64,000 nt of DNA from a bacterium (GTDB lineage: Bacteria > Patescibacteriota > Patescibacteriia > UBA9934 > GWF2-40-263). The stretch is from positions 375-64,374 of the forward strand of contig JAJYIV010000001.1 of NCBI GenBank assembly GCA_021789915.1, written 5' to 3'. The notes beneath the pieces were generated by a model. The model was not told where the DNA came from and searched no databases. It was given only the letters and a program-made list of their open reading frames with translations. Below are positions 44,349-53,052 of this stretch, in pieces (position 1 is the first letter of the stretch; each line of letters begins with the position of its first letter). The position numbers were made by a program, and so were the translations under genes.

Positions 44349-45749
44349 ATGAACAGCCAAAACGGCCTGATCAAGCCCGCCCTGCCGGGGGGATTCCAAG
44401 ACTTCGGTCCGCGCGAAATGCTCGCGCGCGAACGCATGCTGCGCGCCATCGAGCGGATCTACCGCTCCTTCGGCTTCGTGCCGTTGCAGACGTCCATCGG
44501 CCAGCGGCGCGAGGTGCTGACCGGCGGCAAGCCCGCCTCCATGCGGATGTGGGACCTGCGCGTGGATGCGTCGCGAGACACGACGGACGAGGCGCAGCGG
44601 GTAACCGCGCGCTTCGACCTCACCGTGCCGCTCGCGCGCTACGTCGCGGAGAACATGGGAAGCATCCGCTTCCCGTTCCGCCGCTTCGAGTCGGGCGACG
44701 TGTTCCGTGGTGAATCCCCGCAGAAGGGGCGTTACTGCGAATTCCGCCAGTTCGACGCCGACATCGTGGGGGCCCCGACGGGCCCGGCGGACGCGGAGAT
44801 CATGCTCTGCATGACCTCGGTGATGCGGGCGCTCGGCATCGAGCGCTTCCTCATCAAGGTCAACGACCGGAAGGTCCTGAACGGCTTCGCCGCCCGCGTG
44901 GGCTTCGAGCCGGGGAGCGACCAGGCGGCCGCCCTGCTGCGCGTCATGGACAAGGTCGACAAGATCGGCTTGGACGGCGTCTTGGCCGAGTTGGCGGGAA
45001 AGGCCGCATCTGATGAGGGTTCCTTCGCATTTGGCCCGGAGCAGCTGGAGGCCGTTCGCGGCTTCATGACGCTGACCGACGGCCTCGCTGACAACGCGCA
45101 GCGGCTGGCCAGGCTCAAGGGCTACTTCGCCGAAGGCGGCGTCGGCGCCGAGGGCGTGACCGAGCTCGAGACGATCGCGTCGCTGCTCTCGGCCGGCGGC
45201 ATGCCGTCCGACCGCTGGACGGTGGATCCGTCCATCGCGCGAGGACTCGGGTATTACACCGGTCCCGTGTTCGAGACCGTCCTGCTCGACGCGCCGAAAT
45301 TCGGTTCCGTCTACTCGGGCGGCCGCTTCGACGATCTCGTGGCCCGCTTCACGGGCATGTCGCTGCCGGCCGTGGGCGCCTCCGTCGGCGTGGACCGGCT
45401 CTTCGCCGCCCTGCAGGAGCTGAAGGCCGTCTCCGCCACCGAGCCGGACGTCGACGCCTTCATCATCCGTATGGACGAGGCGCTGATGCCGGAGTACTTC
45501 GCCCTGGCGGCCGAGCTGCGCGCCAACGGCCTCCGGGCCGAGATCGGCATGAGCCACCAGGACATGTCGACCAAGGCCCAGATGGCCACGGCCCTCGACC
45601 GGCGCGCCCCGTTCATCCTGTTCCTCGGCGGCAACGAGATCGCTGCCGGCACGGTGCAGGTGAAGGACACGGCCACGCGCCGGCAGACGCAAGTGCCGCG
45701 CACCGCCTTGGCGCAGGAGCTCTTGACGCGGCTGGACCGCACGGCCTAA
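44349..45749 (+). CDS. hisS: histidine--tRNA ligase
   Basis: Start MNSQNGLIKP after AGGAGG. Class II motif 2 (FRRFESGDVFRGESPQKGRYCEFRQFDADIVG) and motif 3 (GGRFDDL). Anticodon-binding domain present. Confidence 0.85.
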   Translation: MNSQNGLIKPALPGGFQDFGPREMLARERMLRAIERIYRSFGFVPLQTSIGQRREVLTGGKPASMRMWDLRVDASRDTTDEAQRVTARFDLTVPLARYVAENMGSIRFPFRRFESGDVFRGESPQKGRYCEFRQFDADIVGAPTGPADAEIMLCMTSVMRALGIERFLIKVNDRKVLNGFAARVGFEPGSDQAAALLRVMDKVDKIGLDGVLAELAGKAASDEGSFAFGPEQLEAVRGFMTLTDGLADNAQRLARLKGYFAEGGVGAEGVTELETIASLLSAGGMPSDRWTVDPSIARGLGYYTGPVFETVLLDAPKFGSVYSGGRFDDLVARFTGMSLPAVGASVGVDRLFAALQELKAVSATEPDVDAFIIRMDEALMPEYFALAAELRANGLRAEIGMSHQDMSTKAQMATALDRRAPFILFLGGNEIAAGTVQVKDTATRRQTQVPRTALAQELLTRLDRTA

Positions 45750-45763
45750 GCTCGTTCCGCGGC

Positions 45764-45841
45764 GTGCCCGTAGCTCAGCTGGTTCAGAGCATCGGATTGT
45801 GACTCCGAGGGTCATGGGTTCGAACCCCATCGGGCACACCA
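45764..45841 (+). tRNA. tRNA-His (anticodon GTG), encoded CCA, A73, no encoded G-1
   Basis: Cloverleaf by hand: acceptor GTGCCCG/CGGGCAC, D-arm GCTC-AGCTGGTTC-AGAGC, anticodon arm TCGGA-TTGTGAC-TCCGA, T-arm ATGGG-TTCGAAC-CCCAT, then A-CCA. The residue 5' of position 1 is C. Confidence 0.85.
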
Positions 45842-45866
45842 TCTTTTCCGCGGAAAGGAGGCCGCC

Positions 45867-46133
45867 ATGTACGTTCTGCTCACGGTGTGGGAGTCGCCGG
45901 ACGAAAAGGATGTCCACGTTTTGGACATCCCGAACGCCGTGGCGGCCGATCTGCGTCGCTACGCCGACGAAGGCGTTTGCACCGACAAGGACCTGGAGCG
46001 CGCGCTCCTCAACCTCCAGGCGCAGACGAAAGAGACCGACGCCAAGACGGCGCGTTCGGCCGCCGTCGGAACCTGGCTCCAGAGGCACGGACGCCGGACC
46101 GATCTTCCGACGTTTACCGCCGTCGAGTACTAA
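45867..46133 (+). CDS. hypothetical small protein
   Basis: 88 aa. AAAGGAGG RBS. Confidence 0.45.
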   Translation: MYVLLTVWESPDEKDVHVLDIPNAVAADLRRYADEGVCTDKDLERALLNLQAQTKETDAKTARSAAVGTWLQRHGRRTDLPTFTAVEY

Positions 46134-46205
46134 ACCCGCCGTTCCCTTCTCGGGATCCGGCGGGTGTTTTTCTTTTCCGCGCCGCCCTATACACTTACCG
46201 TGCGT

Positions 46206-47012
46206 ATGAAAATCACGGATCTGACAAAACTCAAGCCCAAGAAGCTCGTCGTCTTCGATCTGGACGGCACGCTCGCCCTTACCAAGGCCGTCATGGACCC
46301 CGAAATGGCTGATCTGATGAAACAGCTGCTCGGAAGGATGCGCGTCGCCGTGATCGGCGGCGGCAAGTACGGGCTCTTCAAGGAACAATTGCTCGGGCCG
46401 CTGAGGGGCGCGCCCACGGCGCTGCTCAAAAACCTGTCGCTCTTCCCCACCACCTCGACGCGCTTCTACCGCTACGACCGCGGCTGGAAAAAAGTGTACG
46501 CGCACGAGCTGCCCAAGGCCGACCGCGCCAAAATCAAGAAGGCGTTTTATCAGGTGTTCGACGAAGTCGGGTACCGGCAGCCGGAAAAAATCTACGGCCG
46601 ACTGATCGAGGACCGCGGGACGCAGGTTACGTGGTCGGCGCTCGGCCAGGACGTGGTCAAGACGCTCGGGAAAAAAGGCGTGGGACTCAAGGAGGAGTGG
46701 AAACGGAAATACACGCCGATGAAATTGAAGATCGCTAAGGCGCTGGCCAAGAAATTGCCGACGCTCGAAGTGCGCGCCGCCGGCCACACATCGGTGGACG
46801 TCACCAAGAAAGGCATCGACAAGGCCTACGGCATGAAGCAGATCGAGAAATACCTGCGCGCCGCGAGGAAGGACATCGTGTTCATCGGCGACGCGATATT
46901 CCCGGGCGGCAACGATTATGCAATCGTCAAAACCGGCGTGGATTATATCCCCGTCAACGGCCCGGAGGAGACCAAGCGGGCCATCCAATTTTTGTTGCAG
47001 CAAGCGGATTGA
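46206..47012 (+). CDS. HAD-IIB family hydrolase (phosphomannomutase/sugar-phosphatase-like)
   Basis: VVFDLDGTLALTK motif I. GDAIFPGGNDYAIV motif IV. Confidence 0.7.
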   Translation: MKITDLTKLKPKKLVVFDLDGTLALTKAVMDPEMADLMKQLLGRMRVAVIGGGKYGLFKEQLLGPLRGAPTALLKNLSLFPTTSTRFYRYDRGWKKVYAHELPKADRAKIKKAFYQVFDEVGYRQPEKIYGRLIEDRGTQVTWSALGQDVVKTLGKKGVGLKEEWKRKYTPMKLKIAKALAKKLPTLEVRAAGHTSVDVTKKGIDKAYGMKQIEKYLRAARKDIVFIGDAIFPGGNDYAIVKTGVDYIPVNGPEETKRAIQFLLQQAD

Positions 47013-47075
47013 CGGGAACGGACGGCTTTCGTAGGATGAAGCCAACGCGTTAACGCCTTTGTTTTGCGAAAAAAT

Positions 47076-47630
47076 ATGTCCACCGGCATCTGGATCGTCG
47101 TCCTCATCCTGCTCATCGTCGTCATCTGGTTCATGTCCACGTACAACGGCCTGGTGAAGCTGCGCAACCTGGTCGAGGAGGGATGGTCGGACATCAACGT
47201 CCAGCTCAAGCGGCGCTACGACCTGATCCCGAACTTGGTGAACGCCGTGAAGGGGTATGCCGCCCACGAGTCCGGGGTGTTTGAGAAAGTGACGGAGGCG
47301 CGCGCCGCCGCCATGAACGCGACCGTCCCCGCCGATCGGGCGCAGGCCGAGAACCAGCTCTCGCAGACGCTCAAGTCGCTGTTCGCCGTGGCCGAGGCGT
47401 ATCCGCAGCTGCAGGCCGCGGGCAATTTCGCGGAGCTGCAGCAGGAACTGACGGACACGGAAAACAAGATCGAATCCTCGCGCCGCTTCTATAATGGCGC
47501 CGTGCGCGACTTCGACATCAAGCTCCAAGTTTTCCCCACCAATCTGATCGCCGGCACCTTCGGCTTTGCCAAGAAGGATTTCTTCCAGGCGCCGGATGAC
47601 GTCAACGCCGCGCCGGAGGTCAAGTTCTAG
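47076..47630 (+). CDS. LemA family protein
   Basis: N-terminal TM, then the conserved LemA core (VKLRNLVEEGWSDINVQLKRRYDLIPNLV, RRFYNGAVRDFD). Alternative start 47064. Confidence 0.85.
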   Translation: MSTGIWIVVLILLIVVIWFMSTYNGLVKLRNLVEEGWSDINVQLKRRYDLIPNLVNAVKGYAAHESGVFEKVTEARAAAMNATVPADRAQAENQLSQTLKSLFAVAEAYPQLQAAGNFAELQQELTDTENKIESSRRFYNGAVRDFDIKLQVFPTNLIAGTFGFAKKDFFQAPDDVNAAPEVKF

Positions 47631-47900
47631 GAGAATCGCTTGTAGAACGTAGAAGACGTAGAATCGCTCGGCCTTCGGCCTCGTTCGTAGAACGTAGAAG
47701 ACGTAGAATCGCTCGGCTGCGCCGGGCTCGTAGAGCGTAGAAATCGTAGGAATGTCTCGTCCGCGTCGTTTCTACGTTTTCTACGTCTTCTACGCTTTCT
47801 ACGTTGAAACGCCGTCCGAACCGCGTCGTTTCTCCGAGCGAGTCTGGCCCCAACCGTGACGAGCGATTCTCCGTTCTACGCTTTCTACGTTTCTACATCT
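47631..47900 (-). repeat. R1 element copy 3 (inverted orientation)
   Basis: Starts immediately after the LemA stop codon. Reverse complement aligns with copy 4. Supplies the TAG stop of gene 47893-48930. Confidence 0.8.
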
Positions 47901-48930
47901 TCTTCGGCGCGAGCAGGCGCTTCGCGTAGGCGTAGGCCTCGTTCGCTTCGTTGTACAACGAGCCGGAGGCGGACTTGATGAAGCGCACGTAGAACGTCAG
48001 CGCCTCCTCCGCCGACACGGTTTGGCCGAACACGCGCGCAAGACGCAGAGCCAGGCGGAACCTGCCCTTGTTCAACGCGCTTGGAACCGCCCACCTGGCC
48101 GCCGACGCGAGGACGGCGTCTGCTTGAGGATCATGGGCGGCCGCCCAGCGGAGCGTCTGCACAAGATCGTCGGCCACCACCCGCTTCAGCCGGAACACCT
48201 CCAGACGGAAGGCGACGTTGTCGGAATCGATCGGCACGTCGAGCTGCCGGGCCGTCCGCTCGATCGTTCGGAACGGAACGTCCATGCGCGAAACGACGAG
48301 CTGCCGCACGAACGCCCTCGACATGGGTTTGTGCGCAAGCGCGCGCATCAGGGAGCGCAACCGCGGGAACGAATGGTCGCGCATGAGCGCCTGCGACAGG
48401 AGGCGCCGCTTCTCCTCGTTCCACAGCGGATCGTTCAGCCGCGCGGCCATCCGCCGGGCGACGACGCCGTTGCCGACCCACACGGCCCGCCGGCGCAGGA
48501 AGCGCCGGCCGTCCTCGAGGCGCCCCGCCTTGCGAAAGGCCGCTTCCGCCGCGCGCACGTCCGCGTCGAACGGCGTCATCTTGCGCGCGACATTGCAGCC
48601 GTAGCGCCACCAGTCCGCCGGACGGAAGAAGCCGCGCGGTCGCGCCTTGACGCGCGCAAAGACGTCCACGCCGTGCGGCGCCTCGACGAGCAGGCGATGC
48701 AAGGGACGCAGATCCCCGTGCTGGGCCGCGATGGCTTCCGCCCAGACGACGGCATGGGAGCCGTGCAACGCGGTGGCGTTCAAGCGCGCGGCTTCCTTCA
48801 TGTGCCCGATTGGAAGCGGCGGAATGGCGGACGGCTCCGAGTACTCGAAGGTCAGCTCCCGCGTTCCCGTGCGAAGGGCCAGCGCCTCGAGCGCCGCCTC
48901 CGCGGCAACGGTCTGATCGCTTTTTTCCAT
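47893..48930 (-). CDS. hypothetical protein
   Basis: Start at MEKSDQTVAAE after GGAGTGAG. Arg-rich alpha-helical. Confidence 0.5.
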   Translation of the reverse strand: MEKSDQTVAAEAALEALALRTGTRELTFEYSEPSAIPPLPIGHMKEAARLNATALHGSHAVVWAEAIAAQHGDLRPLHRLLVEAPHGVDVFARVKARPRGFFRPADWWRYGCNVARKMTPFDADVRAAEAAFRKAGRLEDGRRFLRRRAVWVGNGVVARRMAARLNDPLWNEEKRRLLSQALMRDHSFPRLRSLMRALAHKPMSRAFVRQLVVSRMDVPFRTIERTARQLDVPIDSDNVAFRLEVFRLKRVVADDLVQTLRWAAAHDPQADAVLASAARWAVPSALNKGRFRLALRLARVFGQTVSAEEALTFYVRFIKSASGSLYNEANEAYAYAKRLLAPKKM

Positions 48931-49008
48931 CGTCTCACTCCTCCGGCGCCTGATGGCGCCCATGGGCCCCGTGCCCGCGCGCGACTTAAGCACGCGCGGG
49001 GCGGCATG

Positions 49009-50223
49009 TCAAGGCGAAGCGATCGCCTCGGCCATGAGCTGCTCCAGCCGGTCGACGTAATGGCCCAAGCGGTACGGCTCCATCGCCTGCTGGATCTCTC
49101 CCGCCTTGGCGCGCCACGCGTCGGCCTCCGCGTTCAGCCGGCGGAAGGCGGCCAGCCATTCGTCGCGCCGGCCCGGCGTCACGAGCAAGCCGTTTTTTTC
49201 ATCGCGCACCAGCTCCCCCACGCCGCCGAGGCGCGAGGCGACGACCGGCACGCCAGCCAGCAGCGCCTCGTAGATGACCGTCGGGGAATTCTCATAGCAC
49301 AGGGACGGGACGACGGCGGCGTCGGAGATGGCGAAGAGCTTCATCAGATTGTCCAGCGAGACGAATCCGTGGTACACGACGCGCGGATCATGCCGGGCCC
49401 AGGCGGCGACTTCGCGCGACAGCGTGCCGTCGCCCGCCACGTGCAGGAGGAACGGAACGTCGAGCGCGCCCAGCGTCTTCAGGAGGAAGCGCAAACCCTT
49501 GTGCTCCTCGAGCTGCCCGGCAAACAGCAGGCTCAGCGGCGCGCCGTCGGGACGGCTGCCGCGGGGGCCCGGCGGCATTTCCGGGGCCGGGTTTGGCAGA
49601 ACCTCCATGCGGCTGCCCCCGAAAAGATGCCGTGAACGGTAAAAGTCCGCCAGCCAATGGGACGGCGAGATGACGACGCCGGGCGAGCCGACGGTGCGGC
49701 GCACCTGGCCTTCGTACCACCAGCGGCAGGCGCCGCGGTTCAGGAACGCGTCTTCGCGTCCGTACATGAGGAGGCCGCTCGGCACCGACAGCTGCACGTC
49801 GTGCAGCGTGTGCACGTGCGGCAGCCCCAGGCGGCGTATGGCCGCGGCGATCTGCAATCCGATGCCTTTGAGATTGTGGGTCAGCACGGCGTCCGGCCGT
49901 TCCTCCGCCGCCAGGCGGCGGAACATGCCGGCCGGCAGGGGGCTGTACAAATCGATCAGATGCCACAGCGCGCGCGCCGGAAACGGATGCGCGGCGGCCG
50001 ACAGCGGATGGTACAGGTTGGGCGGGTAGAAGCGGTAAACCGTCTCCAGCTGCGGTTCGGCCTCCAGACGGAACGCCGAAAACGGCCCGCCGTACGGCAT
50101 GGTGGACAGCACGGACACCTTGTGGCCGCGCGCGTACAGCGCGTGCGCCGTGCGCCAGGCGATCTGTTCGGCGCCGCCGCGGGCGTAAGGCGGATAGAGA
50201 TTGGAGACGATGGCGAGGCGCAT
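49009..50223 (-). CDS. glycosyltransferase family 4
   Basis: 404 aa. N-terminus MRLAIVSNLYPPYARGGAE. C-terminal EX7E-type GT4 domain. Confidence 0.85.
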   Translation of the reverse strand: MRLAIVSNLYPPYARGGAEQIAWRTAHALYARGHKVSVLSTMPYGGPFSAFRLEAEPQLETVYRFYPPNLYHPLSAAAHPFPARALWHLIDLYSPLPAGMFRRLAAEERPDAVLTHNLKGIGLQIAAAIRRLGLPHVHTLHDVQLSVPSGLLMYGREDAFLNRGACRWWYEGQVRRTVGSPGVVISPSHWLADFYRSRHLFGGSRMEVLPNPAPEMPPGPRGSRPDGAPLSLLFAGQLEEHKGLRFLLKTLGALDVPFLLHVAGDGTLSREVAAWARHDPRVVYHGFVSLDNLMKLFAISDAAVVPSLCYENSPTVIYEALLAGVPVVASRLGGVGELVRDEKNGLLVTPGRRDEWLAAFRRLNAEADAWRAKAGEIQQAMEPYRLGHYVDRLEQLMAEAIASP

Positions 50224-50470
50224 AGCGGGGAGCGTAGAAAACGTAGAACGTAGGATCGCTCGTCACGGTTGGGGCCAGACTCGCTCGTAGAAACGACGCG
50301 GTTCGGACGGCGTTTCAACGTAGAAAGCGTAGAAGACGTAGAAAACGTAGAAACGACGCGGACGAGACATTCCTACGATTTCTACGCTCTACGAGCCCGG
50401 CGCAGCCGGGCGATTCTACGTCTTGTACGTTCTACGAACGAGGCCGAAGGCCGAGCGATTCTACGCCTTC
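50224..50470 (+). repeat. R1 element copy 4
   Basis: Begins at the nucleotide after the GT4 start codon and contains the stop codon of the next GT4. Core identical to copy 5. Confidence 0.8.
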
Positions 50471-51655
50471 GCGATACACCTCCTCCAACCGATCCATCAG
50501 CGGATCCCAGGCGTAATCGCGCAGGACGCGCGCCCGCGCCGCCAAGCCGAGACGCTCGCGCAACGCCGCGTCGGGAAGCAGCGTCCGCAGGGCGTCCGCC
50601 AGCGCGGCGGCGTCGCCCGCCGGCACGCACCAACCGGTTTCCCCGTGCAGCACGACGCTGCGCACACCCGGGAGGTCGGACACGACGCTCGGCACGCCCG
50701 AGGCGGCGGCCTCGAGCGCGACCAGGCCGAAGGCTTCCCCGCTGGAAACGGACGGCAGCACGTGGACCTGCGAGGCGCGGTAGAGGTCCGGCAATGCCTC
50801 GTCCGCCACGGCGCCGAGGAATCGCACGCGTTCCGCCATGCCGAGACGCCGCGCCTCGGCCTCGTAGGCCGCGCGCAAATCCCCGTCGCCGACGATGAGG
50901 GCGTTCCACGGCGCCACGCGCCCCCCCCTGCCCGAGGGGGGGCTGCCGGCCGGCCGCAAGGCGGCAGGCGGGGGGGTGGGAGCGGCCGCGATGCGGGCCA
51001 GCGCTTCCAGCAGCACCGGCACGCCCTTGAACGCGTGCGCCTCGTCCAACCCGCCGACGAACAGGACCGTCGGCCCGCTCCCCAGCGAGAGCCGCGCGCG
51101 CGTCTCCGACGCGTCGCCCGGATGGAATCGCTCGCCGTCCACGCCGAACGGCAGCTCGACGAGGCGGTCGGCCAGCTTCGGCAGCGCGGCGAGCGCCGAG
51201 GAGCGGGCGTAATCGAGCGAGCTCACGAGCACGCGGTCCGCCCGCGCGATGAGCCACGGGAACAGCGCGCGCCGGTGCGCCTCGAACGCCAGCCCCTTCA
51301 GCCCGTTGGCATGCGTATCCATGTGGTACGTCACGACGAGCGCCTGATCGCCCCGCAGCGCCTTGCGCACGATGGTCGGCTCCGCGCCGCCGAAGAACGG
51401 ATAATGCAGGTGCACCAAATCAAAACCGGACAGGCGGCGGAACAGCGACGGCACGGCAGCGGCGTTGCCGACCGAGAGCGGCGACGGCACGCGGTGGACG
51501 AAATCCGGATCTTCCGGAATCTCGCGGTCGAAGCGCGGCGTGAACACGTGGACGTCCTCGCCGCGCGCGCGCAAACGCTCCGTGTACGCGTGCGCCACGT
51601 TTCCCATGCCGCCGTGGTACGGCGGGTAGGTTGAGACGACCTGGGCGATGTTCAT
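50432..51655 (-). CDS. glycosyltransferase family 4 with in-frame R3 insertion; C-terminus encoded by R1
   Basis: MNIAQVVSTYPPYHGGMGN. Insertion [26 protein letters not shown]-terminal ..ESLGLRPRS* lies inside the R1 repeat. Confidence 0.85.
   Translation of the reverse strand: MNIAQVVSTYPPYHGGMGNVAHAYTERLRARGEDVHVFTPRFDREIPEDPDFVHRVPSPLSVGNAAAVPSLFRRLSGFDLVHLHYPFFGGAEPTIVRKALRGDQALVVTYHMDTHANGLKGLAFEAHRRALFPWLIARADRVLVSSLDYARSSALAALPKLADRLVELPFGVDGERFHPGDASETRARLSLGSGPTVLFVGGLDEAHAFKGVPVLLEALARIAAAPTPPPAALRPAGSPPSGRGGRVAPWNALIVGDGDLRAAYEAEARRLGMAERVRFLGAVADEALPDLYRASQVHVLPSVSSGEAFGLVALEAAASGVPSVVSDLPGVRSVVLHGETGWCVPAGDAAALADALRTLLPDAALRERLGLAARARVLRDYAWDPLMDRLEEVYREGVESLGLRPRS
50921..50982. 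repeat. R3 G/C-run palindromic element inserted in frame in GT4
   Basis: CCCCCCCCTGCCCGAGGGGGGGCTGCCGGC..GCGGCAGGCGGGGGGGTGGG is the reverse complement of the thrS copy. Confidence 0.7.
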
Positions 51656-51861
51656 AACGGACGTAGAAAACGTAGAATCGCTCGTCGCGGTTGGGGCCAG
51701 ACTCGCTCGTAGAACGTAGAAAGCGTAGAAGACGTAGAAAACGCAGAAACGACGCGGGTGAGACGCTTCGACGCTTCTACGCCTTCTACGAGCGAGCCGA
51801 AGGCGAGCGATTCTACGCCTTCTACGCTCTACGAGCGAGGCCGAAGGCCGAGCGATTCTAC
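51656..51861 (+). repeat. R1 element copy 5
   Basis: Begins right after the GT4 start codon. Terminal TTCTAC provides the TAG stop of the DUF2304 gene. Confidence 0.8.
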
Positions 51862-52196
51862 TCCTGTTTCCTCTCTAAATCCTTCAGCGCCAGCGCGCGC
51901 ACGAGCTTGGTGATCTCGCGCTGCGTTTCCTCGATCTTCACGAACAGGCGGAAGGACAGATAGAACAACAGCGCGAGGGCGGCGTAGATGACGAGATCGG
52001 AGCCGCGGCCGACGCCCACGGCATTGGCCAGCCACGTCGTCGACTGCGGCAGCAGCGCCACGGCGGCCACGGCCATCCACAGGATGATGAATCCGAGCAG
52101 CCCGGCGGCGCGCAGCCTGCCGGCGCGAAACTGCGCCGCGGCGCGCGCGACGGCGAAAACGGCGAAGGCGAGGATGAGAAGCTGGATGGGAAGCAT
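51858..52196 (-). CDS. DUF2304-like small membrane protein (GT2 partner)
   Basis: Start MLPIQLLILAFAVFAV. Three TM helices. Sits downstream of a GT2 gene, as is usual for DUF2304. Confidence 0.6.
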   Translation of the reverse strand: MLPIQLLILAFAVFAVARAAAQFRAGRLRAAGLLGFIILWMAVAAVALLPQSTTWLANAVGVGRGSDLVIYAALALLFYLSFRLFVKIEETQREITKLVRALALKDLERKQE

Positions 52197-52204
52197 GGGG
52201 AAAG

Positions 52205-52295
52205 ATTTTAGCCGCCAGGCGTCAGGGGCGTAGGCGTTAGGCGTTCGCCCGCGTTTCCCACCTGATGGCTGACGGCTGATGGCTCGCGGCGTTCT
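52205..52295. repeat. R4-related hairpin element upstream of the DUF2304 gene start
   Basis: In gene orientation: GCCATCAGCCGTCAGCCATCAGG...CGCCTAACGCCTACGCC..., then about 30 nt, then ATG. Confidence 0.45.
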
Positions 52296-52318
52296 GCAGG
52301 GCAACCACCCCTAACCCT

Positions 52319-52987
52319 TTACTCGAACAGCCGCCTCACGACCATGCGTCCGAGCATCTTCACGCCAACGAAGAATCCCTGCCCTTTTGACAGCGAATAC
52401 TCGGTGTAGATGGCCCTGATCGGGATCTCGCGCAGGCGCAAGCCGTGGCGCCGCGCTTCCGCGACGATCTCCGAGGACACTTCCATGCGGTCGCTTTGCA
52501 CGTGAATGGCGTCCAGGGCGCGCCGCGACAAGGCACGGAAACCGGACTGGCTGTCCGTCACCCATGCGCCGTAGAGGACCGCCGTCGCGAGATTGCCAAG
52601 CCGGTTGGCGGCGACGCGGTGCCAGGGCATGGGGGCGCAGTTCCCCAGCAGCCGCGAGCCGATGACGACGTCCGCTCCCTCGCGCAGGGCCTCCGCGAAA
52701 CGCGGGATCTCTTCCGGCTCATGCTGGCCGTCGGCGTCCAGCGTGACGACCGCGTCCGCCCCCAGGCGGCGCGCGGCGGCGAATCCCGTTCCCAAGGCGG
52801 CGCCAAGACCGCGGTTCACGGCATGCCGCAGCACCGTGGCGCCGACGCGCGCCGCCGCTTCGGACGTCCCGTCCGCCGACCCGTCGTCAACCGCGACCAC
52901 ACGGTCGACGAACGGCCGCGCGCGCGAAACCACGGCCCCCACGTGCGTCGCCTCGTTGAAGGCCGGAATGACGGCGATGATCTTCAT
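52319..52987 (-). CDS. glycosyltransferase family 2 (dolichyl-phosphate sugar transferase/GtrB-like)
   Basis: IIAVIPAFNE, VDDGSADGT, DADGQH motifs. Confidence 0.85.
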   Translation of the reverse strand: MKIIAVIPAFNEATHVGAVVSRARPFVDRVVAVDDGSADGTSEAAARVGATVLRHAVNRGLGAALGTGFAAARRLGADAVVTLDADGQHEPEEIPRFAEALREGADVVIGSRLLGNCAPMPWHRVAANRLGNLATAVLYGAWVTDSQSGFRALSRRALDAIHVQSDRMEVSSEIVAEARRHGLRLREIPIRAIYTEYSLSKGQGFFVGVKMLGRMVVRRLFE

Positions 52988-53052
52988 ACGGCCAAACTAT
53001 CATCTGTTTCCGCGGGAACGTCAAACCGCGGCGCGCCGCCCGGGACGGGCGG

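Noticed and set aside
47620-50898. ORFs MGPDSLVETTRFGRRFNVES.../MGPNSLVETTRTRRF... (32511+, 47620-47853-, 50269+, 51691+) as a repeated small-protein gene family
   Set aside because: They lie entirely within R1 repeat copies. Near-identical peptides arise because the repeat is read in the same frame. They have no RBS or terminator context and run antisense into real genes (for example the 962-aa ORF 32511-35399 is antisense to pheT).
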